Source: Thermoplasmata archaeon
Lineage (GTDB): Archaea > Thermoplasmatota > SW-10-69-26 > JACQPN01 > JAJPHT01
Length of the DNA stretch: 18,223 nucleotides
Reading direction: 5' to 3'
Assembly: GCA_034667685.1 (NCBI GenBank)
Contig: JAXDQU010000051.1
Location: 1 to 18,223 of the forward strand
Part shown: positions 1-8,606 of the stretch, in pieces
Layout: the number at the start of each line of letters is the position of its first letter
Position numbering within the stretch: the stretch's first letter is position 1
Program-made: the position numbers and the translations under genes
Notes under the pieces: model-generated
What the model saw: only the letters and a program-made list of their open reading frames with translations
Told to the model about the DNA's origin: nothing
The model's database searches: none

Positions 1-1
1 C

Positions 2-277
2 ACGGGCGAGGACGCGATGGCGCAGCGCCCCGCCGGCGCGCCGGACGTGCGCGTCGTGGAGGTCGTGATCCCCGAGGGCTCGCCCGTCGCGGGCGTCACG
101 CTCGCGGGCTCGCGCGTCCGCGAGACGACCGGCGCGAGCATCGTGGGCATCCAGCGCGCGGGCGTCCCGATCCTCAACCCCGCGCCCGTCCTCCGGCTGG
201 CGAAGGGGGACGCGGTGTTGCTTCTGGGGACGCCCGAGCAGGTGGAGGCGGCGCGGCGCCTGATCTCAGGCGAGTAG
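2..277 (+). CDS. TrkA-C (RCK_C) domain, probably the C-terminus of a transporter such as a cation:proton antiporter; 5'-truncated by the window
   Basis: VVIPEGSPVAGVTL..SRVRETTGASIVGIQRAG..ILNP....L..GDAVLLLG is the TrkA-C pattern; the frame is open back to position 2. Confidence 0.8.
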   Translation, partial: TGEDAMAQRPAGAPDVRVVEVVIPEGSPVAGVTLAGSRVRETTGASIVGIQRAGVPILNPAPVLRLAKGDAVLLLGTPEQVEAARRLISGE

Positions 278-616
278 GAAGTGCCGGCTGCCCGCCACCG
301 CTTCGCGCGCCGCGCGCTCCAGCTTCGCAAGCGTGATATCATCCAGCTCCGCGCGCACGCCGACGTGGAACTCCCACGCCTCGCCCACGGCCGGGTCGAA
401 GACGGCGGCGGGGTTCGGATCGAGCCCCTCGCCGTACGTCTTCACGACGACCTTGTGGAGCAGCGCCTCCAGGTCGGCGCTGGTGCGCGCCGGCATCCCG
501 AGCGCGGCGGCGAGGGCCGAGGCGACGTTCCCCTGCGCGGCGGCGACGTCGAAGTTGGCGCCCCGCCAGCGCTTGGTGCAGCGCGCCTGGACCACGACGT
601 GATGGCGGAACGCCAT
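266..616 (-). CDS. Hypothetical protein (~116 aa)
   Basis: ATG at 616 gives MAFRHHVVVQARC...; host-like codon usage; converges on the TrkA-C gene and diverges from the gene at 702. Confidence 0.6.
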   Translation of the reverse strand: MAFRHHVVVQARCTKRWRGANFDVAAAQGNVASALAAALGMPARTSADLEALLHKVVVKTYGEGLDPNPAAVFDPAVGEAWEFHVGVRAELDDITLAKLERAAREAVAGSRHFLLA

Positions 617-701
617 GAGGCAGCGCGGGCAGACGTCGGGCACGGCCGCGCGAGGGCGCGTAGGAGAAATGAATTTGACCTTCCTCGGGGAGTCGCCCGC
701 C

Positions 702-1106
702 ATGCGCTGGATGGCTCTCCTGCTCCTCGTGCCCCTGGTGGGCTGCACGGGCAGCTCGCCCACCTCGACGGTCCAACACGCGCCCACCGTCGTCCTCGAC
801 GAGACGTACACGTTCCCGCCGCAGGCCACCGCGAGCGAGAGCCACACGTTCACGATCCCCGAAGGGGCGACGCGCTACGACGCGACCGTCTCCATCGTGC
901 AGGCCTACGGCACCAGGCTGGGCGCGTTCTCCGTGACGCTCCAGGACGCCGGGACGCGCCGGGCGTGCAGCGACCAGAGCTTCGCGCAGACCGGCGCGAC
1001 CTGGACCACGTGCCAGGTGGGCGGCGCCGCGCAGGCCGGCCTCGGCAACCTCTGGTACAACGGCACCGGCGGGCAGCAGGTGCGCGTCGTCATCACCGCG
1101 ACGTGA
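702..1106 (+). CDS. Putative lipoprotein (~134 aa)
   Basis: MRWMALLLLVPLVGC is a signal peptide with a lipobox; Thr-rich, beta-like mature region; GC3-rich codons. Confidence 0.75.
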   Translation: MRWMALLLLVPLVGCTGSSPTSTVQHAPTVVLDETYTFPPQATASESHTFTIPEGATRYDATVSIVQAYGTRLGAFSVTLQDAGTRRACSDQSFAQTGATWTTCQVGGAAQAGLGNLWYNGTGGQQVRVVITAT

Positions 1107-1140
1107 GCGCGCGCGTTCCCTCCCCTGCGTGCCGTCGAGG

Positions 1141-1169
1141 GAAATACGCTTAAAACCCCCGAGGGGGGT
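1141..1169 (+). promoter_or_regulatory. Archaeal-type BRE/TATA promoter followed by an inverted repeat
   Basis: GAAATACGC-TTAAAA (1150-1155) begins 29 nt before ATG 1179 in very GC-rich DNA, with no obvious SD. It is followed by ACCCCC-GAG-GGGGGT (1155-1169). Confidence 0.6.
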
Positions 1170-1178
1170 CGCGCCACC

Positions 1179-2333
1179 ATGGAGTTCACGTTCACGGACG
1201 AGCAGAAGGCCCTCCGCCAGATGGCGCGCGAGTTCGCCCTCAAGGAGTTCCCGGCCTTCAGCAAGCGCTGCGACGACAAGGAGGAGTACCCCCACGAGCT
1301 GATGAAGAAGGCCGCCGCGCAGGGCCTCCTGGGCATCATGATCCCGCAGCAGTACGGCGGCGCCGGCCTCGGCATGATCGAGTCCGCCATCTGCGCCGAG
1401 GAATTGAACGCCATCGACCCGGGCCTCGCGCTGTGCATCTTCGCGGCCGACTTCGGCACCGAGGCCATCATCCGCCTGGGCAGCGAGGAGCAGAAGCAGA
1501 AGTGGCTCGCCCCGATCCCGCTGGGCCAGAAGATGAGCGGCGCCGCCATCAGCGAGGCGGGCGCTGGCAGCGACGTCGCGGGCGCGACGTGCGCCGCCGT
1601 CAAGCAAGGCGACCACTACGTCGTGAACGGCGCGAAGATGTGGATCACCAACGGCGACGTGGCGGACTACTTCATCACGCTCGTCATGACGGACCCGAAG
1701 AACCCCAAGCCGCACGCGCGCTTCTCGCTGCTCGTCATCGAGAAGGACACGCCCGGCTTCAAGGCGAACAAGATCCACGGCAAGCTCGGCATCCGCGCCT
1801 CCGACACTGCGGAGCTCCAGTTCACCGACTGCAAGGTCCCGGCGGCGAACCTGCTCGGCGAGCCCGGCAAGGGCTTCTATTACGTGATGGAATTCTTCAA
1901 CAACACGCGCATCGGCGTCGCCGCGCAGGGCGTGGGCATCGCACAGGGCGCGCTCAACATCGCGACGCAGTACGCCATGCAGCGCGAGGCGTTCGGCAAG
2001 CCCATCGCGGACCTCCAGGGCATCCAGTTCAAGCTCGCCGAGATGGCCACCCGCGCCGAGGCCGCGCGCCTCCTGACCTACAAGGCCGCCTACCTCAACG
2101 ACCAGGGCAAGCCCAGCCCGCAGGCCAGCAGCATGGCGAAGTGGTTCGCCGGCCGCGCCGCGGTGGAGAACGCCGACGAGGCCGTCCAGATCCTCGGCGG
2201 CATGGGCTACGTCGACGAGATGCCCGCGGAGAAGTTCTACCGCGACGCGAAGATCACCGAGATCTACGAGGGGACCAAAGAGGTCCACAAGCTGATCATC
2301 GCGCGGAGCCTGTTCGGGCGAATCAAGGGGTAG
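1179..2333 (+). CDS. Acyl-CoA dehydrogenase
   Basis: Motifs IPQQYGGAG, ISEAGAGSDV, NGAKMWITNG, AFGKPI, AVQILGGMGY, and YRDAKITEIYEGT with the catalytic Glu. Confidence 0.97.
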   Translation: MEFTFTDEQKALRQMAREFALKEFPAFSKRCDDKEEYPHELMKKAAAQGLLGIMIPQQYGGAGLGMIESAICAEELNAIDPGLALCIFAADFGTEAIIRLGSEEQKQKWLAPIPLGQKMSGAAISEAGAGSDVAGATCAAVKQGDHYVVNGAKMWITNGDVADYFITLVMTDPKNPKPHARFSLLVIEKDTPGFKANKIHGKLGIRASDTAELQFTDCKVPAANLLGEPGKGFYYVMEFFNNTRIGVAAQGVGIAQGALNIATQYAMQREAFGKPIADLQGIQFKLAEMATRAEAARLLTYKAAYLNDQGKPSPQASSMAKWFAGRAAVENADEAVQILGGMGYVDEMPAEKFYRDAKITEIYEGTKEVHKLIIARSLFGRIKG

Positions 2334-2546
2334 GCGTGTCCCCTCGGGGCCCGCCGCCCGGTGCTGAGTTCAGCGCAGGCGACGACGCGAAGTTCTTGCT
2401 GTCCACATTGATGAACGAACGACGCGGAAGTTCGCATAGGACCATCCGGCTGATCACAAAGCGGCCCGCAAGGACGAAAAGGGTCCGGATTGGAATGTCG
2501 CGAGGTGGTTGCCCACAAGCTTCCCGAGCGCACGAAGAATTGTGCC

Positions 2547-2588
2547 AAAGGAAAAGTGCTCGGGGCGGGCACGAAGGTCCGCCCCGAG
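2547..2588 (-). terminator. Hairpin plus T-rich tract downstream of the 2610-4049 gene
   Basis: CTCGGGGCGG (2559-2568) and CCGCCCCGAG (2579-2588) form a perfect 10-bp stem; on the minus strand it is followed by CACTTTTCCTTT, ~20 nt after the stop. Confidence 0.6.
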
Positions 2589-2609
2589 ATGTCGTCTACG
2601 AGCATTTGT

Positions 2610-4049
2610 CTATGGCGCCGTGATGGTGCCCTGGAGGGGCGTGCTGGTGCCCACCGTGGAGCCGCCGACGCCGCCGTGCAGGCCGCACGTGTCGCTGCCC
2701 GCGAGGGGGCCCGTGAGTAGACCTGTGCCCCCAAGGCCGCCGCCGGCCGAGCTGCCATCACCGACGGGCGCCGGGCAACCCGAGGTGTCGATGAGGGGCG
2801 GGTTCGCGATGAGGCCGGTCTCGCTGGGGCCGAAGATGATGAATGCCCACGCGCTGCCGTCGTTCACGCCGTAGCACTGGACGCCGTTGGGGTCGGCGCG
2901 CGCCGTGCCCTGCGCGACCGGGCCGAAGAAGCTCGCCCACGGGTCAGGGTCGGTCGTGCTGCCATCGTGCGGGTTCACGTTGGGCGCAAGCGTCGCGCTC
3001 CATCCTCCGGGGAAGTGGCCCGTGATGCCCTGGCCGCAGTCGAAGGGGTCCGTGTCGTAGTTGTCCGAGATGACACCATTGCCGGCGCAGGGGCTCCTAA
3101 CAGCGTCCAGGCCGCCGGTCTGGCCGTCCGTGCCGAACGCGTAGTCCATCAGGAGGTTCGCGGTATTGGACTGGACCGTCGCGGTCGCGCCCCAGCCGCC
3201 GCTGTGGTGGCCCACGACAGGGTAATCCTGGTCACACGCACCCTGGGAGACCTCAGGGAATTGGGCGGCGCCCATCCCGGTCTCGTGGTCGCCGTCGCCG
3301 CTCAGGCAGCCGCTGGTGTCGAACACTTGGGCCGAAGCGGCGTTCGGGGCGCCGATGAACTGGCTGTCCATCGTGACGCCGAAGGCGCTGCTGACCACGA
3401 AGACGTGGATCGCCTGGGTGGGCTGATAGTTGGGGTTCGAGGCGTCACACAGCGCGATTAGCTGAGGCACGACTGGCACGGGCACGGTTGGCACCGTTGG
3501 CACGACTGGTACGGGAACGGTTGGCACGTCTACCTGAGACGATAGAACGCTCATGTCGCAGAATACCCAGTAGTCGGCGCCGTCGCCGCCCACGAGACTG
3601 CTTTCATCCACAGTGCAGAGCCAAGGCGTTGTGCCGTTGCCGACCGCCTGGGCGCTACTACCCGGGTCCTTGAAGGGAATCCCCAAGGTCTTCGTCACCG
3701 AGAGCGCCCCGCATGTTGACGTGACCCTCAGGAGGCCTCCGCCGGCGGCGGCATGATATCCACCCGCGTCCACAATATTGCAGGTCGAGGAACCCAAAGG
3801 CACGCACGAGACTCCCGGATTCGGCGAGCTAAGCGAGTCGCCGGCTTTGACGGGAAGTCCCGTGTTGATGTCGAAGCAGAGATCAAGGGGTGGCGCGACG
3901 AGCAACTTGACCCCTTGGAACGAGAAGCGGTGGATCGTGACGTGGCCCTGAGGCGGGCTGGTGGTCACGGCATGGACGAGCCCGGATGCCGAAAGCGCAC
4001 CGGCGAGGAGAACGAACGCAACGAATGTTACGATTGGATGGCGACACAT
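2610..4049 (-). CDS. Secreted Gly/Cys/Asp-rich protein of unknown function (479 aa)
   Basis: N-terminal hydrophobic signal IVTFVAFVLLAGALSASG; long ORF; Pro/Val linker between two domains; many Cys. Confidence 0.75.
   Translation of the reverse strand: MCRHPIVTFVAFVLLAGALSASGLVHAVTTSPPQGHVTIHRFSFQGVKLLVAPPLDLCFDINTGLPVKAGDSLSSPNPGVSCVPLGSSTCNIVDAGGYHAAAGGGLLRVTSTCGALSVTKTLGIPFKDPGSSAQAVGNGTTPWLCTVDESSLVGGDGADYWVFCDMSVLSSQVDVPTVPVPVVPTVPTVPVPVVPQLIALCDASNPNYQPTQAIHVFVVSSAFGVTMDSQFIGAPNAASAQVFDTSGCLSGDGDHETGMGAAQFPEVSQGACDQDYPVVGHHSGGWGATATVQSNTANLLMDYAFGTDGQTGGLDAVRSPCAGNGVISDNYDTDPFDCGQGITGHFPGGWSATLAPNVNPHDGSTTDPDPWASFFGPVAQGTARADPNGVQCYGVNDGSAWAFIIFGPSETGLIANPPLIDTSGCPAPVGDGSSAGGGLGGTGLLTGPLAGSDTCGLHGGVGGSTVGTSTPLQGTITAP
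3466..3527 (-). repeat. 33-nt-period tandem duplication encoding VPTVPVPVVP twice
   Basis: GGCACGACTGGCACGGGCACGGTTGGCAC (3466-3494) vs GGCACGACTGGTACGGGAACGGTTGGCAC (3499-3527), 2 mismatches. Confidence 0.85.
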
Positions 4050-4361
4050 GACGTCATCTTCCGCCGGCCCGAGCGTACCTGCAGCGAATCAAAATTGTCG
4101 AGCAAAAGTGTGAAACGCGCAGCAACCAACGTAACAAGGATCGTTGCACGCTCACAACTCGCCTCGCGGGGAGGTAACGCGACACCACCACCGGGCGCCC
4201 GGGGGTCCCGCCAAATGCCTGGACGCGGTAGGTCTTGGAGCGCGTCATGAACCGTGGCACTCGTAAGATCGAGTGTTCCCGATTTTCGCCTGAACCCTGG
4301 ACTTCATTCGGCGCCACCCTGTCGTTCACACGGGGCCCCTCCGAGCCTGGCACCCTGACTG

Positions 4362-4477
4362 GTGTCGGCAGGCACGCAGGGCCGATGGACTCATCCTGCG
4401 TCTTGCCGACACGGGGGTCCTCGCCCGATTCCGCCCCCCTGAAACCCCCGCGAGGTCGCCGCGCTACGGCGCGGCGA
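4362..4477. other. Intergenic stem-loops (terminator or structured RNA)
   Basis: Long bulged stem GTGTCGGCA..ACGCAG..GATG / CATC.CTGCGT..TGCCGACAC (4362-4412); perfect 9-bp stem TCGCCGCGC-TACG-GCGCGGCGA (4456-4477). Confidence 0.55.
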
Positions 4478-4505
4478 GACGGCGATGATGAGGCTTTGCA
4501 CTCGC

Positions 4506-4967
4506 CTACTGCTGGAGCGCCTGCCACACGTCGCGGTGCGAGTAGGCGAGCCCTTCCTTCGGAACGTCCTTCAGCGGGAAGTAGGCGACCTTCTCCGTGT
4601 CGGGCGTCGGCGTCAGGTCCGCGGGCGGCTTCGCGCCGTAGACGAAGATCATGTACCAGCGGTTGTCCTCGGGGCCCGTCGCGGGGAAGGAGAGGACGCG
4701 CTCCAGCCAGACCTCCTCGGGGCCCTTCTGGAACCACGAGCGGGCCACGCGCGCCACGGCCTCGTCGGGCGCCTCGTTGTAGCGCATCGTCTCGGCGGGG
4801 AAGGCCCATCCTTCGTTCTCGGCGAGCTTGGCGAGCAGCACGCGGTCCTGCTCGTCGCGGATGGTGAGGAAGCACTGGAGGCGCAGCTCGGCGTGCGCGT
4901 CGTGCACCGTGAACTTCGCGGGCAGCTCGCTCCACTTCTGCGCGTCGCCGTGCATGGGCAGGGACAT
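4506..4967 (-). CDS. NUDIX-fold protein with a degenerate Nudix box
   Basis: IRDEQDRVLLAK...GWAFP....NEAPDEAVARV...VAYFPLKDVP..LAYSHRD matches the NUDIX layout. ATG at 4967 is preceded by a TATA-like TTCAAG ~25-30 nt upstream. Confidence 0.75.
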   Translation of the reverse strand: MSLPMHGDAQKWSELPAKFTVHDAHAELRLQCFLTIRDEQDRVLLAKLAENEGWAFPAETMRYNEAPDEAVARVARSWFQKGPEEVWLERVLSFPATGPEDNRWYMIFVYGAKPPADLTPTPDTEKVAYFPLKDVPKEGLAYSHRDVWQALQQ

Positions 4968-5216
4968 GGTTGTGGCCACCGGCTCCGCCGGCTTGAAGGT
5001 TCGCCCTTTCGCTGCCCTCGGCACCGGCGTTCCCATGCTCCGGGACGCTGCGCGGGCGCGCGGCAGCCGATGAGTAACACGCGGAGCGAAGTCTGCAACG
5101 TTCACATTGCTTACCGTTCGTGGTTTCACAGCATTCATTCTGAATTGACATCCGGAGAGCGCGCCATGCGACGGGCGGCCCTCGTTCGAGGCGCCGAAAC
5201 GGAGACTGAGACACCC

Positions 5217-5474
5217 ATGCGATCCGTCACCATTGTCCTCGCCACGCTGCTTGCCTTCACCGCGCTCTCGATGATGGGCGAGGCGTCGGCCAACGCCAAC
5301 CAGGCCATCGCCTGTTACGTCAGCGGCTCCGAGCAGGTCGTCGCCTGGGCGTCGGCTGGCGTGTCGCTCAACCCCCACCAGTTCTACGCCTGGGCCGAGG
5401 CCGGCGCCCAGGTCACCGCGAGCGCCTCCGTCTACTGCACGACGACGTACCTGCTCGGCCAGGACAACAGCTGA
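5217..5474 (+). CDS. Small secreted protein (85 aa)
   Basis: Signal MRSVTIVLATLLAFTALSMMGEASA with an AxA cleavage site; two Cys in the mature part. Confidence 0.7.
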   Translation: MRSVTIVLATLLAFTALSMMGEASANANQAIACYVSGSEQVVAWASAGVSLNPHQFYAWAEAGAQVTASASVYCTTTYLLGQDNS

Positions 5475-5477
5475 GCC

Positions 5478-6659
5478 TCAGAGGCCCAGTGTCTTGGCGA
5501 TCGTCCAGCGCTGGATCTCGCTGGTGCCCTCGGGGATGCGCACGAGCCGCGCGAAGCGGAAGACCTTCTCGAGGCCCATCTCCTTCATCAGGCCGCTCCC
5601 GCCGTGGACCTGGATCGCCCGGTCCGCGGCGCGGAAGAGCGCCTCGGTGCAGAACACCTTGACCGCGCTCGACTCCATGACCACGTCGATCCCGTTGTCG
5701 ATCCGCCACGCCGTGTCGAGCATCATCGTGTGCGCGGCGTAGAGGTCGATCGCGGTGTCGGCCATCATCGCCTGCAATTGGCCCTGCTTGCCGATCGGCT
5801 TGCCGAACGCCTTGCGCTCCTTGGCGTAAGCGACCATCCGCGCAAGGCAGTGGTCCGCGAGGCCGACGCATTGGCCCCCGATGGTGACGCGCGTGTCGCC
5901 GATGTTGCCGATCGCGAGCGCGAAGCCGTCGCCCTCCGCGCCGACGCGGTTCTCCGCGGGCACGCGGCAATCCTCGAAGATCCACTCGCACTGGCCGCCG
6001 TCGTCGAGGATGCTCTGCTGGACCGCGCCCATCCTGGCGCCCGGCGCGTCGCGCGGCACGAGGAAGCACGAGAGGCCCGCGAGCCCCGCGGCGGGATCGG
6101 TCTTGGCGAAGACCTGGAGGAAGTCGGCGTACGGGCCGTTGGTGACGAACGTCTTCGTCCCGTTGAGCACGTACTCGTCTCCATCGCGCGCGGCGGTGGC
6201 CTCCAGCGCCGCGACGTCGCTCCCCGCGCCCGGCTCCGTGAGGCAGAACGCGCTGCTCTGCTCGCCGCGCACGAGCGGCTTGAGCCACTTCTCCTGCTGC
6301 GCGGGCGTCATCCGCAGGAAGAGCGGGCTGGGTCCCTCCACGAACGATAGCACGCCCATGTTGAGGCCGACGCCGCGCGTCATGGCCTCGCGCCACGCCA
6401 GGTACGTCGCCACCTTGCTGACGCCCGCGCCGCCGACGGACTCGGGCATGTGCATGGCGTACCAGCCGGCGGCCGCGCTCTTGCGGCGGATCCGGCGCGT
6501 GGCCTCGACGAGCTCGGGCTTGAGGCGCCCGTCGGGCAGCAGCGGGTCCGCGAGCACGCGCGCGAGGCGCTTCTCCTCGGGCGCGACCTCCCGCTCGATG
6601 AAGGAGGCGACGCCCTCGCGGATCATGCGGACTTCATCGGGGATGGTGAAGTCGACCAT
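5478..6659 (-). CDS. Acyl-CoA dehydrogenase
   Basis: Motifs MPESVGGAG, FCLTEPGAGSDV, LNGTKTFVTNG, RKAFGKPI, AIQVHGGSG, RIPEGTSEIQR. Confidence 0.97.
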   Translation of the reverse strand: MVDFTIPDEVRMIREGVASFIEREVAPEEKRLARVLADPLLPDGRLKPELVEATRRIRRKSAAAGWYAMHMPESVGGAGVSKVATYLAWREAMTRGVGLNMGVLSFVEGPSPLFLRMTPAQQEKWLKPLVRGEQSSAFCLTEPGAGSDVAALEATAARDGDEYVLNGTKTFVTNGPYADFLQVFAKTDPAAGLAGLSCFLVPRDAPGARMGAVQQSILDDGGQCEWIFEDCRVPAENRVGAEGDGFALAIGNIGDTRVTIGGQCVGLADHCLARMVAYAKERKAFGKPIGKQGQLQAMMADTAIDLYAAHTMMLDTAWRIDNGIDVVMESSAVKVFCTEALFRAADRAIQVHGGSGLMKEMGLEKVFRFARLVRIPEGTSEIQRWTIAKTLGL

Positions 6660-6736
6660 GCGGCGGAAAGCCCGGCGGCGGCCTTGGCGTTTTCCCCCGG
6701 CCGAAGGTTCTTGTCCGGGCTGGCGTCTCGCCGCGC

Positions 6737-7285
6737 GTGCGAGGCCTAGGCGTGCTTCTCGTCGCGCTGCTCCTGGCGGGGTGCTCCGCCGCGCCCGCGA
6801 TCCGGCCCACGCCCGCGCAGCCTCCGGCGCCGCGGCCCGCCGCGCGCATCGACGCCCTCGCGCCGCCCGCGCTCGTGGGCACGGTGGCCGGCTACGCGGA
6901 GCCGAATCTCGCGGTGGACCGCCAAGGCCGCGTCTTCGTCACGGATCCGCAGTCCCTCGCGCTTTGGCGCAGCGACGACGCGCAGACGTTCCAGCTCCTC
7001 GGCCAGGACCCGTGCACGGCGGCCTTGGGCGCGTGCCCCGCCCCGTCGCCCACCGCGCCCGCGTCGTGGCTGCGGGGCGGCTCCGACGGCGCGCTCACGG
7101 CGCTGCCCGACGGCACGCTGGCGTGGGCCGGGCTCGACGTGCCGCACGTGGGTCCCGGCGCGTTCGGCGTCCCGGTGCAGACGAGCCGCGACGGCGGCGC
7201 GACGTGGGACTCGCAAGTCCACAGGACCGCCGGAGGGCCAGGCGAGGGCCAGCCGTGGGCCAACCCGTTGAGGCTCCCTGCTTGA
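6737..7285 (+). pseudogene. Lipoprotein with Asp-box (BNR/sialidase-like) repeats, apparently truncated near 7210
   Basis: Lipobox LLLAGC; EPNLAVD..GRVFV; Asp-boxes WRSDDAQTF and TSRDGGATW. After the second box, codon usage changes and the frame ends ~24 codons later, too short for a beta-propeller. Confidence 0.6.
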
Positions 7286-7352
7286 GTATTTTCAGAGCGC
7301 GCCAGAACCACTTGAAGGCACGCCTCCGGACGCGAAGCGCCGCGGTCGGGAC

Positions 7353-8606
7353 TCATGCCGTGCTCCGCTCGATCCCGACGAAGGGCCCCCGAGCCCGTTG
7401 CTTCAGCTCGAACGCCTTCCGAGCAGTTGCGTCGGCGTAGTCCGCGCCCCGCTCGCACGCCTTGGAGCCCTTCAGCCGCTTGTCCTGGAGGATGGCGCTG
7501 ATCTTGGCGGGCCCCCAAGGCGGGCCTCGGCTGAGCGCGAGTTCCGCGAGGGCGAGGGCGGCGACGAAGTCGCTCCGGCTGCGGCCGCCGTCGAGGCTCG
7601 ACAGGGGTGGTCGCTCGCCCAAGAGGACGCGCCAGTGTTCCGACAGCTTCGGGCTGCCCACCATCCAGGCGCAGACCTCCCGCCATTCTGCCTCCGTGAC
7701 TTCGGGGAGCGGACCGACCGGCGCGGGAGCGACCGGCGCGCGCGGCGGCGGCGCGGGCGTGTTGGTGTTGCCCGCAAACGAACGATGCTGAACAAGGCAA
7801 TCGTACAGGTCCGGCGGCAGGATCTTCCTGGCGGGCGCAATCAAGCCATCCGCGAGGCTCCTGCCGGCGAGGAACTCGTACCGGATCCCCGCGGCGTGCA
7901 CACTGGGCGGTGCCACGAGCAGGCCGCCCTCGCCGCGAACGTCGATCCCCTCCATGAGCTTCATGTTCGGCACTTCCGGCTGGCGCACGTAGATGTGATA
8001 GCCGCGCCAGGTGCGCACCACGAGGGTGAGATTGGCTAGCTCGCTTGGCGAGCGTCGCAGCGTCTCGCGCACGAGTTCGGGCCTATCGAAGTCGAGCCCA
8101 ACGAGAAAACCGCTCGGGCTGCCCGTCACGACGCCGACGTTCTTCTCCTCGACGAGGCGACTCCCAAGCTTCCAGTCCGCTAGAAGCGGCTTCTTGCCGC
8201 CCCGACAGGCATTGCACGAGCTTGTTTCCCAGGGATGCTCCCGGCACGGCGCGCAAGGCTCGTGCAAGGGTGTCGTGCGCAAGCCCAGCCGGCGGTAGAA
8301 GCCCGCAAAGATTCCGTACGCCTCCACCGTCGCCGTCTCGGTGTGAACCGGGCGCTCCGCAATCTCCCCGAGAAGCGCCTGTGCGGCGAGCGCGGCTTCG
8401 CCCCGCTCCCAAATGCTCTTGGGAAACGCGCCCACCGCATGAGGCGTCCTTCCTGGCAGCGTTGTTCTCGCGCGGTGTATCCGGGCGGCATCGCTCGCGA
8501 GCGCCTGGACGCCGTACTCCTCGTGAAAGTCGCAAGTGCGACAATCCGCGACATATCGCTCTGCTATCTTCTCAACCTTCCATGACTTCGGAAAAGGGCA
8601 GATCAA
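7353..8606 (-). CDS. Bifunctional DNA primase/polymerase (Prim-Pol) with C-terminal helical domain; start uncertain
   Basis: Motifs GKKP, NVGVVTGSPSGFLVGLDFD, VRTWRGYHIY, GIDVRGEGGLLVAPPSVH..G.RY; C-terminal RSRSDF...RGADYADATARKA. Confidence 0.9.
   Translation of the reverse strand: MICPFPKSWKVEKIAERYVADCRTCDFHEEYGVQALASDAARIHRARTTLPGRTPHAVGAFPKSIWERGEAALAAQALLGEIAERPVHTETATVEAYGIFAGFYRRLGLRTTPLHEPCAPCREHPWETSSCNACRGGKKPLLADWKLGSRLVEEKNVGVVTGSPSGFLVGLDFDRPELVRETLRRSPSELANLTLVVRTWRGYHIYVRQPEVPNMKLMEGIDVRGEGGLLVAPPSVHAAGIRYEFLAGRSLADGLIAPARKILPPDLYDCLVQHRSFAGNTNTPAPPPRAPVAPAPVGPLPEVTEAEWREVCAWMVGSPKLSEHWRVLLGERPPLSSLDGGRSRSDFVAALALAELALSRGPPWGPAKISAILQDKRLKGSKACERGADYADATARKAFELKQRARGPFVGIERSTA

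Noticed and set aside
281-2623. Long alternative ORFs (339-2288 minus, 281-1153 plus, 1433-2623 plus)
   Set aside because: Shadow frames of GC3-rich real genes; Arg/Gly/Ala-rich with no motifs.
4225-4236. Minus-strand AAGACCTACC resembling a cobalamin riboswitch B12 box
   Set aside because: Other conserved riboswitch elements were not found, and the downstream gene has no evident B12 link.
4330-4355. Minus-strand GCCAGGCTCGGAGGGG resembling SRP RNA helix 8
   Set aside because: Lacks the GNRA loop and the following AGCA; no other SRP features seen.
4485-4491. ATGATGA as a C box of a C/D sRNA
   Set aside because: No CTGA D box at a suitable distance downstream.
5881-7440. 519-aa plus-strand ORF
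   Set aside because: Antisense to the acyl-CoA dehydrogenase and off-frame to the lipoprotein; low-complexity translation.
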